From Eledone cirrhosa (Eukaryota), in assembly GCA_964016885.1 (NCBI GenBank), contig OZ024741.1, forward strand, positions 363,072,001 to 363,136,000: a stretch of 64,000 bases of DNA, read 5' to 3'. Both the position numbers and the translations under genes were made by a program. Under the pieces are notes generated by a model. The model was not told where the DNA came from, made no database searches, and saw only the letters and a list, made by a program, of their open reading frames with translations. Positions 13,437 to 24,342 of this stretch are shown in pieces (the stretch's first letter is position 1; each line of letters starts with the position of its first letter).

Positions 13437-13927
13437 ATGATGATGATGATGATGCTGATGATGATGATTGAGAGATACATGCAGAACAATGAATTACGGC
13501 AAAATATTGCTATCGCATCCCTTTATTAACATAGAAAAACTCAAGTCTGTATATAAAATACAAAGAAAGTTATAATAATTTTAAAATAGAGGGTGCTTAC
13601 ATCTTTTTCTGTCCCCAAAATAATGCCATGTCAGGGGAAATAATAAAAAAAAATTACTAATGTTACATGAGAAATATATTAATATAAAATAAAGTAAAAT
13701 ATTTTTTTTTAAAAGGGGGGATAGTATGGAAGAAAAAGGGTGCTCCCTAAAATTTTAATTTGTCCACAAAGCCTTTGTGGGAAATTGAAATTGTTTAATG
13801 TTTTAAGAATATTTCAACTGTGTCCTATTTAAAACATGGAATGGTCATTACTGGAAAGGCTCTCATCATAGGTCTGTTTAATCAAGAATAACTATGGATA
13901 CTATACCTTACAAATATTTATAAGGTT
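13437..13927. repeat. About 490-bp segment duplicated near-identically at ~29526-29998
   Basis: Both run from (GAT)n-TTGAGAGATACATGCAG to CCTTACAAATATTTATAAG with few differences. The end of the segment also recurs at 2321 and 6688. Confidence 0.9.
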
Positions 13928-14207
13928 TGACAATTTGTAATGTTATTTATACGACTGTGAATAAAATATACTTGTACGCTATGGATACAAGATAACTGTT
14001 TCTACTTTAGGCACAAGGCCAGCAATTACCCAGTGCATTACTGGTACTTTATTTTATCGACCTATGGATACAAGATAAAGATCGAGCTATGGATACAAGA
14101 TAATGATCAGAAGTGAGGGGTAACTCCTGAATAAATTTCAGTGTGTTTGCTGCTATACTCGATAATCAAACTATCAGAAGTACCTGGCAATAATATATTT
14201 TGGCATT

Positions 14208-14465
14208 TCTTTTTCGCCCACTTATTCCTGAGAGGGTCGTTGAGGCACAGTCCTCAAACACTCCTTCCAGCGGGTCCTATCAGCAGCAACCGTCTCAAAC
14301 TGATCCGGTTGGATCCTCAAGCGTGACCATCCAAGCTCATGGATGTTATCTAACCATCTTGCTCGGGGTCTACCTCTGGGTCTCTTGCCGGTTGGTTTTG
14401 ACCGTAAAATCTGTCCAGCGATTCTTTCCTGAGACATTCTAACCACATGCGCAAAATATCTGGCC
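14208..14465 (-). mobile_element. 3' end fragment of an RTE-like LINE (second copy)
   Basis: Near-identical to 2748-3005, including flanks. Confidence 0.85.
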
Positions 14466-15539
14466 AATAAAATAGGATCGATGTATATGTTCACTGAAGT
14501 AGGAAATACAGCAGAATTTTCTTTATTACTCGTTTTGTTCAATGCAAGGCCTCAAGATAAACACTATTGTTTATTGTGTCCAGTGTTATTGACGCCCATG
14601 AATAAATTTAAGAGAAGTGGCAGAAGAATACCCATTCTGTTCTATGGAAAAATGTCGATTGCCAGAATCTTGGAGATTAGATTAGTTGATAGCATACGAA
14701 TAGAAAAACAGGTAAAAAAAAATTTCCCCTGAAATCGAGTGGGGCGTTCTATATATTTACTCAATGTTAGCTGAAAGTTTCTTACTAGTTCGTTGTTCCC
14801 ATTTAGAATCCTGTTATTTTTTTTATACAAGTTCTTTGAATATCTCTTTTGAATATATTTTTTCCAAAATCCTATATCGTCCACCAAAATTTCCAGTCGT
14901 CCACCATTTTCTGTTCAGCTGCTCATCGTCCACCCAACAGTTGAAATCGCCCAGGTTGGGAAACCTTGATTTAAGCGGTACTGCTTTTCCATTCTTGTGC
15001 TCGTGTCAAAGCATTATTAAGCTTTTAGCAGCTAGACGGGATTTGAACTCAGAACGTAAAGGGCCATAACTCTATACTGCAAAGCATGGTGTCGGACGCT
15101 CTACTACAGCAAACTATTTATTACAATACACATTACACATACACACTCTTAAGTAGTGTGTGTGTGTGTTAATGTAGCGTTGCAAGCGTCATAATCAAAG
15201 AACGCGGTGTTTCTTTTCTTCCTTTTCTTTTTAAAATCTCTTTCTTTCTTTCCCACCTCCCTCTCTCTCTCTTGACGTGTATCTCCCCCTCTCTCTCTGA
15301 CTATTTCTCCTCTAAAATTTTCACTCATGTTCTTTCATCTCTCATATTCTATCATCCCTCCCTCTTTCTCTCTTTCCTCACATCCTTTCTGTCTTGGTTC
15401 AACGTAGTACCATCACTCTCGACTGGCATTCGATGTTTCCATAAGGCTCGACCTCCGGATCTGTGAGCCTCATAAATTCCACTACGGTTCCACTGTGGAT
15501 TCATTCAGTCTCTACCCACTGTGATGCTGTTATAGTGCT

Positions 15540-15965
15540 GGTCGACTAACAACGAGATCATAAAGCATGGCCTGGTTGGCACAGTTTTCTCTCCTAGCGA
15601 AAGTCGGCGAGAGGCACAAAAGGAGTGACGGTATGGCAATGTTCTCGTTCCACGAGTATCCGGGATACAACATGTAACACCTTCTCTGGCGGTAACCCGG
15701 TGCATTCGGTTACCAGCCCAGTCTTTGCTGTCAAAGCATCGGCCGCTCTCCGGTAGGTGTGTGATTGCGACTGTGGCAGTAAAGACTTCCGGTATTTTGG
15801 GCCCCGGACCATTATGCCTGTTCACTGCTATCAAAGTGGGGTTGGCTTCCCCAATGTATGAGCCCTGTGAGTTGCAGTGGCTGTTCCAACGCGTCTCCCT
15901 CGCTCTCCTTCGGGGCATTGTTTTCTCCATCCTGTCGGCCAGGACCACTAGGCGGACTAGCCCTT
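15540..15965 (+). mobile_element. CRE RLE fragment, copy C
   Basis: VAVKTSGILGP..EPCELQWLFQRVSLALLRGIVFSIL. Confidence 0.8.
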
Positions 15966-16245
15966 AAGTTTCTTTTATGGTGGTGACATGTGGATTAGAT
16001 TTACTTCCATAAACATTATTAGTAAGAAAGTGAAAATATTTACATGCACAAATAAATCCAAGTATATGAATATATTGAATACGGAAAAACAAACAGAACA
16101 GGTTTTTTTTCCTTTTGAACTTATGTCACATATATATATTTTTTTTCCTTTGTTTCTTTTCCTACCCTGTTCTTTTTCTGCTTTACTTTTCTACTTTGCT
16201 AATTTTTATTTCTTTTCTTCGCCTATAAATATTTAATCTTATATA

Positions 16246-16378
16246 CCGTATTTCCCAGCGTCGAAGGCGCTACTTTTGCCCTAAAACAAGTATCAATGCG
16301 TCCCCGAGGCTGAAGGTTGTTTATTTTTTTTTTTCAAATTTTTGGTTGTCAAAATTAGGGTGCATCCTCGAAATACGG
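16246..16378. mobile_element. Tc1/mariner-pogo-type MITE with TA TSD
   Basis: TA-CCGTATTTC...GAAATACGG-TA. It is absent from the homologous positions at ~6197 and ~31503. Confidence 0.8.
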
Positions 16379-16829
16379 TATTTGTTGTATGGAAATGAAA
16401 AGAAGGATACATTTTGGTGGATTTTGAAACACCTCACATTTTATACATCAAAATAAATTGTGTTTGTACATCGAAATTTTTTTTTGTGGGACACACTCTG
16501 AGACAATTTTCCTTTAAATTATAGAAGATAGATAAAGACGACGATAACAATAAAAATACATTAGAAATTACTGGATGGGTTTTGTTTGAATGCTAGTGTC
16601 AGTTTTAAATATGTCTCTTTAACCAATATTTAAATAGAACGTAATAACAGTAAGACAGTTGTAATAACTGTCGATAAAAAAAAGTTTTCTTTCATTCATT
16701 CATTCTCTACATTAAGGGCCTGGAGACCTTTGAAAGTGGCACATGGAACATGAGAGACAAGTGTGTAGTGTTTGTGTCGAGAATCTTCATCTTCATTTCG
16801 TCGGCGAGAAAGCTTAACACGGACGCGGA

Positions 16830-17002
16830 AAGGTACATGTCGGATGCCAAATGTGTTTGTTCAGCTTTTTGTAAAAAATCTATCTGCAACTGACATGCCT
16901 TGACTGCTTGTTTCCAAAGGTACATGTCGGATGCCAAATGTGTTTGTTCAGCTTTTTGTAAAAAATCTATCTGCAACTGACATGCCTTGACTGCTTGTTT
17001 CC
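16830..17002. repeat. 87-bp tandem duplication
   Basis: AAGGTACATGTCGGATGCC..CTGCTTGTTTCC occurs twice; the ORF track shows a repeated 29-aa block. Confidence 0.9.
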
Positions 17003-17250
17003 TTCAAAATAATTTTAAAGTTTTTCTTCCTTCTCATACGATTTAAGGCCACATAAAGCTGTCCGTGACTAAATACAAGAGTTAACAAGTAAATACTAAC
17101 TTTTTCGAAGCTCTGTCCTTTGGATTTGTTTATGGTCATGGCAAAAGCTGGTATCACAGGGAACTGCAGTGTGTTCATATTGAAGGGTAGATCTTACTGC
17201 CAGTAATGATTTTTTCATGAACATAAAATTGATTAGAAGATAAAACTAAA
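16975..17250 (-). mobile_element. Helitron helicase C-terminal fragment (second copy)
   Basis: [34 protein letters not shown]; homologous to 12700-13020. Confidence 0.85.
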
Positions 17251-17299
17251 AATAGTTCTTGTATTCTCTCTCGCTTTTATTATTATTAGTTTGTTTTTT

Positions 17300-17439
17300 A
17301 GGGTAGGACGACATGAGTTACGGCCCTTCATGGTCTGGGTTTAAATCCCGCCTAGGTTAACTTTGCCTTTCATCCTTAGAGGGTCGATAAAATAAAGCAC
17401 CAGTGTTGTGGGCTAATTGTTGGCCTTGTAGAAACAATT
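17300..17439 (+). mobile_element. SINE fragment (octopus-type family)
   Basis: AACTTTGCCTTTCATCC..GGGTCGATAAAATAAAG, ending GAAACAATT. Confidence 0.7.
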
Positions 17440-17449
17440 AGATGGGTAT

Positions 17450-17492
17450 ATATTGCTGATGAGATGTAATAACATCGAAACTAGTCCAATAT
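17450..17492 (+). ncRNA. Minimal type I hammerhead ribozyme (family 1)
   Basis: ATATTG-CTGATGA-GATGT(AATA)ACATC-GAAA-CTAG-TC-CAATAT: perfect core, 6-bp stem I, 5-bp stem II, palindromic ACTAGT stem III, GUC cleavage triplet. Confidence 0.9.
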
Positions 17493-17716
17493 TCCTGTCT
17501 GGCTCTCTGGAGAATAGAGGAAATGTGTTTCCTTGAAAACCCGTATGACTCTAAAACCCGGTTTGTCTGTTTGGTTACATACAGACTAGCTGGACACTCA
17601 CAGTAAAGTGTCCAGTGAAAAACTCAGTACATGTACATATGTATACATGTGTGTATTTATATGCATACTAATATTTCCGTATACATATGTAGATGTACAC
17701 TTTTAACTTAATTGTT

Positions 17717-17880
17717 TATATATATATATTATATATATATTATATATATATATATAATATATAATATATATATAATATATATATATATATATTATATATA
17801 TATATTATATATATATATATATAATATATATATATATATATAATATATAATATAATATAATTTATATATATATATATATA
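17717..17880. repeat. Interrupted (TA)n microsatellite
   Basis: Read directly from the sequence. Confidence 0.95.
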
Positions 17881-18105
17881 TATTTCGTTTCTGAATTTGT
17901 TTAGCAAGATTCTTTATCTGAAATCGTGTGTTGAAACCGATATTGTTATACTTTGGGAGGGTCATGTTGCCAATAAGAAACATACGCACCAGTTGCTTTC
18001 ACTTCAATTTATTATATATTTATAAATTTATAAATTTACAAATCTACAAACTCATAAATTTCTGGTTGGTTGGTTGGTTCCACAACCAGATAGTTGTTTA
18101 TATAT

Positions 18106-18150
18106 AGTCATAGTCCTTTCGTCACACACTCTGTGACCTCTTCAGTGACT
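18106..18150 (-). ncRNA. Minimal type I hammerhead ribozyme in the Penelope pLTR (family 2)
   Basis: Exact reverse complement of 25079-25123. Confidence 0.75.
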
Positions 18151-18354
18151 GGGGATTCCTTTCTTTGTTTCTGTGCCTTTCCTTTCTTCTGTCCTACGCC
18201 ATTTTGTTTCTGTGTGTGTGTTGTGTGCTCAGTTTGCGCATGCGCCACATCCGGGTGTCTGTGTGTGTTTGTGTTCATTTATCTATTTGTTTATTTATTT
18301 ACATGTTGTTGGTTGGTTGTTTGTTCTATGTGTGTGTGTGTTTTCATTTTGTCC

Positions 18355-18888
18355 TTAATTGTAAGTTGTGATGTTGCTGTTCCACTCATATTTTCTATTT
18401 AATTTTGGTTGTAATTCTTTTATGCTTACTGCCTCTGTAATTTGCCTAAACATTGCATCTTTTCTGTGTGTGGATTCTATTTTTATTTCTATGTTCTCTA
18501 ATTTACCCTTGTGTTCTATCTTAGCATGTTGGTAGAGTACAGATGATTCTTTATTATCTTGACGGTCTCGCCAGTGTTCATTTATCCGTTCCCCTATACT
18601 ACGAGCTGTCTCACCTATGTACACTATATTTTTGTTTCTACATTGTCCTTCAGTACATCTTATGCTATACACTACATTTCTAGTTTTACAGTTAATATGG
18701 GGGCTTATTTTACAGGTTATACATTTCTTATCTATACATGAGGGTCTTTGGAACGGGTATGTCTTGCTAATAAGTGTTTTTACGGAGGTACCTGGTCTTT
18801 CTACTATCTTAATATTGAGTTTATGTTTATTTAGGACCCTTCTAAATTTGTAGGCTAGTTCGCCTCTAGGGGTTGTATTGATGAACAT
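18355..18888 (-). CDS. Penelope GIY-YIG endonuclease with upstream Cys-rich linker
   Basis: C..KKCITC..NCKTRNVVYSIRC..C..VYIGETARSIGERINEH..RQITEAVSI..PKLNRKYEW. Confidence 0.85.
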   Translation of the reverse strand: MFINTTPRGELAYKFRRVLNKHKLNIKIVERPGTSVKTLISKTYPFQRPSCIDKKCITCKISPHINCKTRNVVYSIRCTEGQCRNKNIVYIGETARSIGERINEHWRDRQDNKESSVLYQHAKIEHKGKLENIEIKIESTHRKDAMFRQITEAVSIKELQPKLNRKYEWNSNITTYN

Positions 18889-18896
18889 TTATGTCA

Positions 18897-20969
18897 TTAT
18901 TGATGAACATTTATGTCATTATTTACCATTTTTTCCCATTTGGTTCTGGCTCCTCTATACACTCTGATTCTATCTCTCTGATTGTAGCCAGAGAACTGCA
19001 TACGGTGGATGAAGTATTGTATGTGTCTCTCTAGTTCTTCGGGGTTGCACATGCGGGACACATTTCTCATCACCCGTACCAAATCCGCAATCAGTATGTT
19101 GATTTTGGTATGGTCCGAAATGGCCGAGTTTCGGTGGATCAGATGTTTGGAAGTCATGGGTTTGGCATAATGGGAATGGAGGATTTGTTTTTGGTTGTTA
19201 ATGGTATCTAACCAGAGCTTTGTGTCTAGTACAGGTAATCGATGGTTGGGGTGTCTACTTGGGTAGTCTATAGTAACTCTAATGCTCTGGTGGATGGAGT
19301 TTGCTATTTGCTGGATGCTTTCCATTGTGTTTTTCTCTAGTTCCTGACTGTTCTCTAGTGGGGGTGTCTTAACTACGATGTTTATATCATCTACGTAGCG
19401 GGAGTACATTATCAGGGTTAAGCTGTCTTCTAATTGTTCTTTAAGTTTAAGTTTAAGTCTACTGTCCCACCATACCATGAATAAGTTAGCTATGTCGCCT
19501 GCAGTGCTAACACCAATGGCTGCTCCTTCCTCTTGGGCATATGTTTTTCCATTAAATTTGAACATATGTTCCTTAAGGGTTAATTTTATGCTGGCCCCTA
19601 CCGCATGTGCAATCATTTTCTTCAGTTCATCGTGGTTTTCGGGTGTCCGTATGGCTCTGGTCCACCCGTTCCATCTATCTGTGTGGGTTTTCTTGGCCAT
19701 TGAGGTAATGGTAGGTGGTCTGCCTCTTGCTGGTCTTGTAGGGCACAGGTTGCTAAGGTCATAAGTGTCTAGGTAACTATTACTATGGGTAAGCTTAAGT
19801 AGAAGTCCCAGCTCACTGGTATCAATCCCACGGAACTCAACCTTGCTCTCGCTGATCATTTCTACGCATTTCTCCACAGCAAAATCCACGTCAATAGATG
19901 GATACAGGGACACAACATCCATACTGCCTATTATGCAGTTTGTTAGGTCCCCAGATTGGTTACTCACGCCGATTCTGCTGAGGAGGTCCTCCATGCTGTC
20001 ACATACATCTGGGGACATCTCAATGATGGGGCGTATGATCAGGGAGAGGAAGTAGGACAGTCTGTAGTTACTAGCAATGTTAGCTCCACAGACTGGCCGT
20101 GTTGGTGGTCCCGCGACAGGGTCACAGCCCGTTTTATGGTCTTTTCGAAGCCCATACAACGCCGGCACGTCATTGTTCCAGGCCTGGAAGTTGTTGGCAG
20201 TCCTTTTGTTGGGCTGCATTATATTCGTCCACATCACCATATGGGCATTGAGGGCTTTTTCTCTATCCTCATGCTCCTGTGGTGTTACCTCTCTTGTGTT
20301 AGTGATGTGGGGTTGCATTGCCTGGATGTAGTTTGGCAGGCTGTCAACCGACATTCTGCCAGACTTGTCTGTTGGAAAGCATGCTATCTCTCCATTACGC
20401 GAGCGCTGCATGAGCTTACGCAAGCCATTTGCAGATTTTTCTCCCAGTTGCTGGGCCTCTATTCTATTATGCTTCTTGCTATACTGTTCTATAATATTTC
20501 TAAGTTCGGATCTAGCTATACTAAATTGTGCTTCTGTTTGTTCATCGACCTGCGACGGCAACTGCGTGCGTTTGTTAAATGGTAAAGTCGTGGCGTGGAC
20601 TCGTCGCAGGTCGAATGATTTATCGGAGGGATTATAAAACGGAGAGTTCCAGGCTGCTGCTTTATGTGTACTAGTGCTATTGTTATTGTTAGTTGTGTTG
20701 TTTCTATTTCTATTTCCACCAACAGCCTCATGGTTGTTTCTATGTCTCTCATAATTACTCCTGTCTCTTTCCACTGGCTCAATGTTGTTATCTACCCTAT
20801 TTTGTGTGTCTGTGTGTTCGTCTTGGTTATTCTCTTTGTCCTTAGTGTCCCTTCTTCTTTTCCTTTTAATCCTATTACTTTCCCTTATTTCTGTGATTTC
20901 TGTGCTACTGTCATTACTTGTTTTCTGTGTCTGTGTGTTTGTTAAGATTGTGGTGGTGGTGAGAGGCAT
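18897..20969 (-). CDS. Penelope reverse transcriptase (partial ORF)
   Basis: PTDKSG, LYGLRKDHK, PPTRPV, SMDVVSLYPSI, QEEGAAIG, RYVDDI, LPVLD and HYAKPM motifs. Confidence 0.9.
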   Translation of the reverse strand: MPLTTTTILTNTQTQKTSNDSSTEITEIRESNRIKRKRRRDTKDKENNQDEHTDTQNRVDNNIEPVERDRSNYERHRNNHEAVGGNRNRNNTTNNNNSTSTHKAAAWNSPFYNPSDKSFDLRRVHATTLPFNKRTQLPSQVDEQTEAQFSIARSELRNIIEQYSKKHNRIEAQQLGEKSANGLRKLMQRSRNGEIACFPTDKSGRMSVDSLPNYIQAMQPHITNTREVTPQEHEDREKALNAHMVMWTNIMQPNKRTANNFQAWNNDVPALYGLRKDHKTGCDPVAGPPTRPVCGANIASNYRLSYFLSLIIRPIIEMSPDVCDSMEDLLSRIGVSNQSGDLTNCIIGSMDVVSLYPSIDVDFAVEKCVEMISESKVEFRGIDTSELGLLLKLTHSNSYLDTYDLSNLCPTRPARGRPPTITSMAKKTHTDRWNGWTRAIRTPENHDELKKMIAHAVGASIKLTLKEHMFKFNGKTYAQEEGAAIGVSTAGDIANLFMVWWDSRLKLKLKEQLEDSLTLIMYSRYVDDINIVVKTPPLENSQELEKNTMESIQQIANSIHQSIRVTIDYPSRHPNHRLPVLDTKLWLDTINNQKQILHSHYAKPMTSKHLIHRNSAISDHTKINILIADLVRVMRNVSRMCNPEELERHIQYFIHRMQFSGYNQRDRIRVYRGARTKWEKMVNNDINVHQ

Positions 20970-21955
20970 TGAATGCGTGTGTGTTGTTGTTGATGTGTGC
21001 TGTTGTTGATGTGTGTTGTTGTTGTCTCCGTGTGTGTTATCGTTGTTGTGTCTGTTGTTATTGTTGTTTGTGTCTGCGTGTCTGTTGTTGTTGTTTCTGG
21101 GTATGTTGCTATTGTTGTTGTTGTTGATGTGTGTGTTGTTGTTATTGTTGTTTGTGTCTGTGTGTCTGTTGTTGTTGGGATGTGTGTTGTATTGTATATG
21201 TGTGTGCGTATATTGTTGCTTTTGTTTTTAATGTTCGTTTTAACCTATCTGCTTGTTTTTTGGTGAGTTGTAATCTTCTAACGTCGGTATTGATGGTGTT
21301 GGTGTAGATTCTGGAAGGTTCTGGAAGAGGCACACTGCTTTATGAAGGATAGTTGTCGAGATGTTATGGTTTTTCGTAGACAACAGAACATGGTGGTTTT
21401 CATATCTTGTTAGCCTGGCTAAGGCTTACGATATTTCGTTTCTGAATTTGTTTAGCAAGATTCTTTTTTTTTTTTTTTTTTTCTTTATCTGAAATCGTGT
21501 GTTGAAACCGATATTGTTATACTTTGTTGAAACCGATATTGTTATACTTTAATTCTAAACATAAAAAAGAAGATCTATAGAGAATTAAGTCATCAAGAAA
21601 AACAAAAGCGTAACCTAATACAAGAAATAGCTAGAATCACCACACCAAGAGAGAAACTAATATTTATAAGCCTTATACGCCCTGAAGAACAGTACATTAC
21701 TCAAGAATGTGATAAGCACTTTAACAGGAAACTAAAGTGGCTTAAACAGGCAAAGCTAAATCAGGATACTATAGAGTATACCAATAGATATCCCGACAAA
21801 ATTGACGGTATCAACATGGCCGACACCTCATAATCAGAAGAGTTCAACAACAAAAACACCAACATATATGGAAACACAAAATTAGATAATGATGAAATGT
21901 CTGTGTTATGTTTGCCGCCGAAATTTGCGACATTCAAGAAGGTAAATATGATTAG

Positions 21956-24334
21956 TTGTCTGTCAGAAATAGAAAAATCATTTACAAAACTACGCTGGAG
22001 CATCAAAAACAAAAGCAACAATATACGCACACACATATACAATACAACACACATCCCAACAACAACAGACACACAGACACAAACAACAATAACAACAACA
22101 CACACATCAACAACAACAACAATAGCAACATACCCAGAAACAACAACAACAGACACGCAGACACAAACAACAATAACAACAGACACAACAACGATAACAC
22201 ACACGGAGACAACAACAACACACATCAACAACAGCACACATCAACAACACACACGCATTCAATGCCTCTCACCACCACCACAATCTTAACAAACACACAG
22301 ACACAGAAAACAAGTAATGACAGTAGCACAGAAATCACAGAAATAAGGGAAAGTAATAGGATTAAAAGGAAAAGAAGAAGGGACACTAAGGACAAAGAGA
22401 ATAACCAAGACGAACACACAGACACACAAAATAGGGTAGATAACAACATTGAGCCAGTGGAAAGAGACAGGAGTAATTATGAGAGACATAGAAACAACCA
22501 TGAGGCTGTTGGTGGAAATAGAAATAGAAACAACACAACTAACAATAACAATAGCACTAGTACACATAAAGCAGCAGCCTGGAACTCTCCGTTTTATAAT
22601 CCCTCCGATAAATCATTCGACCTGCGACGAGTCCACGCCACGACTTTACCATTTAACAAACGCACGCAGTTGCCGTCGCAGGTCGATGAACAAACAGAAG
22701 CACAATTTAGTATAGCTAGATCCGAACTTAGAAATATTATAGAACAGTATAGCAAGAAGCATAATAGAATAGAGGCCCAGCAACTGGGAGAAAAATCTGC
22801 AAATGGCTTGCGTAAGCTCATGCAGCGCTCGCGTAATGGAGAGATAGCATGCTTTCCAACAGACAAGTCTGGCAGAATGTCGGTTGACAGCCTGCCAAAC
22901 TACATCCAGGCAATGCAACCCCACATCACTAACACAAGAGAGGTAACACCACAGGAGCATGAGGATAGAGAAAAAGCCCTCAATGCCCATATGGTGATGT
23001 GGACGAATATAATGCAGCCCAACAAAAGGACTGCCAACAACTTCCAGGCCTGGAACAATGACGTGCCGGCGTTGTATGGGCTTCGAAAAGACCATAAAAC
23101 GGGCTGTGACCCTGTCGCGGGACCACCAACACGGCCAGTCTGTGGAGCTAACATTGCTAGTAACTACAGACTGTCCTACTTCCTCTCCCTGATCATACGC
23201 CCCATCATTGAGATGTCCCCAGATGTATGTGACAGCATGGAGGACCTCCTCAGCAGAATCGGCGTGAGTAACCAATCTGGGGACCTAACAAACTGCATAA
23301 TAGGCAGTATGGATGTTGTGTCCCTGTATCCATCTATTGACGTGGATTTTGCTGTGGAGAAATGCGTAGAAATGATCAGCGAGAGCAAGGTTGAGTTCCG
23401 TGGGATTGATACCAGTGAGCTGGGACTTCTACTTAAGCTTACCCATAGTAATAGTTACCTAGACACTTATGACCTTAGCAACCTGTGCCCTACAAGACCA
23501 GCAAGAGGCAGACCACCTACCATTACCTCAATGGCCAAGAAAACCCACACAGATAGATGGAACGGGTGGACCAGAGCCATACGGACACCCGAAAACCACG
23601 ATGAACTGAAGAAAATGATTGCACATGCGGTAGGGGCCAGCATAAAATTAACCCTTAAGGAACATATGTTCAAATTTAATGGAAAAACATATGCCCAAGA
23701 GGAAGGAGCAGCCATTGGTGTTAGCACTGCAGGCGACATAGCTAACTTATTCATGGTATGGTGGGACAGTAGACTTAAACTTAAACTTAAAGAACAATTA
23801 GAAGACAGCTTAACCCTGATAATGTACTCCCGCTACGTAGATGATATAAACATCGTAGTTAAGACACCCCCACTAGAGAACAGTCAGGAACTAGAGAAAA
23901 ACACAATGGAAAGCATCCAGCAAATAGCAAACTCCATCCACCAGAGCATTAGAGTTACTATAGACTACCCAAGTAGACACCCCAACCATCGATTACCTGT
24001 ACTAGACACAGAGCTCTGGTTAGATACCATTAACAACCAAAAACAAATCCTCCATTCCCATTATGCCAAACCCATGACTTCCAAACATCTGATCCACCGA
24101 AACTCGGCCATTTCGGACCATACCAAAATCAACATACTGATTGCGGATTTGGTACGGGTGATGAGAAATGTGTCCCGCATGTGCAACCCCGAAGAACTAG
24201 AGAGACACATACAACACTTCATCCACCGTATGCAGTTCTCTGGCTACAATCAGAGAGATAGAATCAGAGTGTATAGAGGAGCCAGAACCAAATGGGAAAA
24301 AATGGTAAATAATGACATAAATGTTCATCAATAA
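21956..24334 (+). CDS. Penelope reverse transcriptase (the true N-terminus lies in another frame)
   Basis: Same RT motifs as the left arm; the PLE-specific DKSG motif precedes RT motif 1. Confidence 0.88.
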   Translation: MSVRNRKIIYKTTLEHQKQKQQYTHTHIQYNTHPNNNRHTDTNNNNNNTHINNNNNSNIPRNNNNRHADTNNNNNRHNNDNTHGDNNNTHQQQHTSTTHTHSMPLTTTTILTNTQTQKTSNDSSTEITEIRESNRIKRKRRRDTKDKENNQDEHTDTQNRVDNNIEPVERDRSNYERHRNNHEAVGGNRNRNNTTNNNNSTSTHKAAAWNSPFYNPSDKSFDLRRVHATTLPFNKRTQLPSQVDEQTEAQFSIARSELRNIIEQYSKKHNRIEAQQLGEKSANGLRKLMQRSRNGEIACFPTDKSGRMSVDSLPNYIQAMQPHITNTREVTPQEHEDREKALNAHMVMWTNIMQPNKRTANNFQAWNNDVPALYGLRKDHKTGCDPVAGPPTRPVCGANIASNYRLSYFLSLIIRPIIEMSPDVCDSMEDLLSRIGVSNQSGDLTNCIIGSMDVVSLYPSIDVDFAVEKCVEMISESKVEFRGIDTSELGLLLKLTHSNSYLDTYDLSNLCPTRPARGRPPTITSMAKKTHTDRWNGWTRAIRTPENHDELKKMIAHAVGASIKLTLKEHMFKFNGKTYAQEEGAAIGVSTAGDIANLFMVWWDSRLKLKLKEQLEDSLTLIMYSRYVDDINIVVKTPPLENSQELEKNTMESIQQIANSIHQSIRVTIDYPSRHPNHRLPVLDTELWLDTINNQKQILHSHYAKPMTSKHLIHRNSAISDHTKINILIADLVRVMRNVSRMCNPEELERHIQHFIHRMQFSGYNQRDRIRVYRGARTKWEKMVNNDINVHQ

Positions 24335-24342
24335 TGACATAA

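Larger units (their letters stand above)
17880..21550 (-). mobile_element. Penelope-like element (Neptune-like), left arm of the inverted dimer
   Basis: RT ORF at 18897-20969, GIY-YIG ORF at 18355-18888, 3' pLTR with hammerhead. It is the reverse complement of 22001-25348 over 17880-21233. Confidence 0.92.

Noticed and set aside
20664-22567. Val/Leu/Cys-rich membrane-like ORFs (also at 45016-45699)
   Set aside because: Antisense readings of the Penelope A/C-rich insert.
22005-22570. Intron explaining the Penelope frame switch
   Set aside because: No donor before the switch and no polypyrimidine acceptor on the sense strand.
24332-24337. Selenocysteine or readthrough joining RT and GIY-YIG
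   Set aside because: The first stop is TAA and the nuclease is in a different frame.
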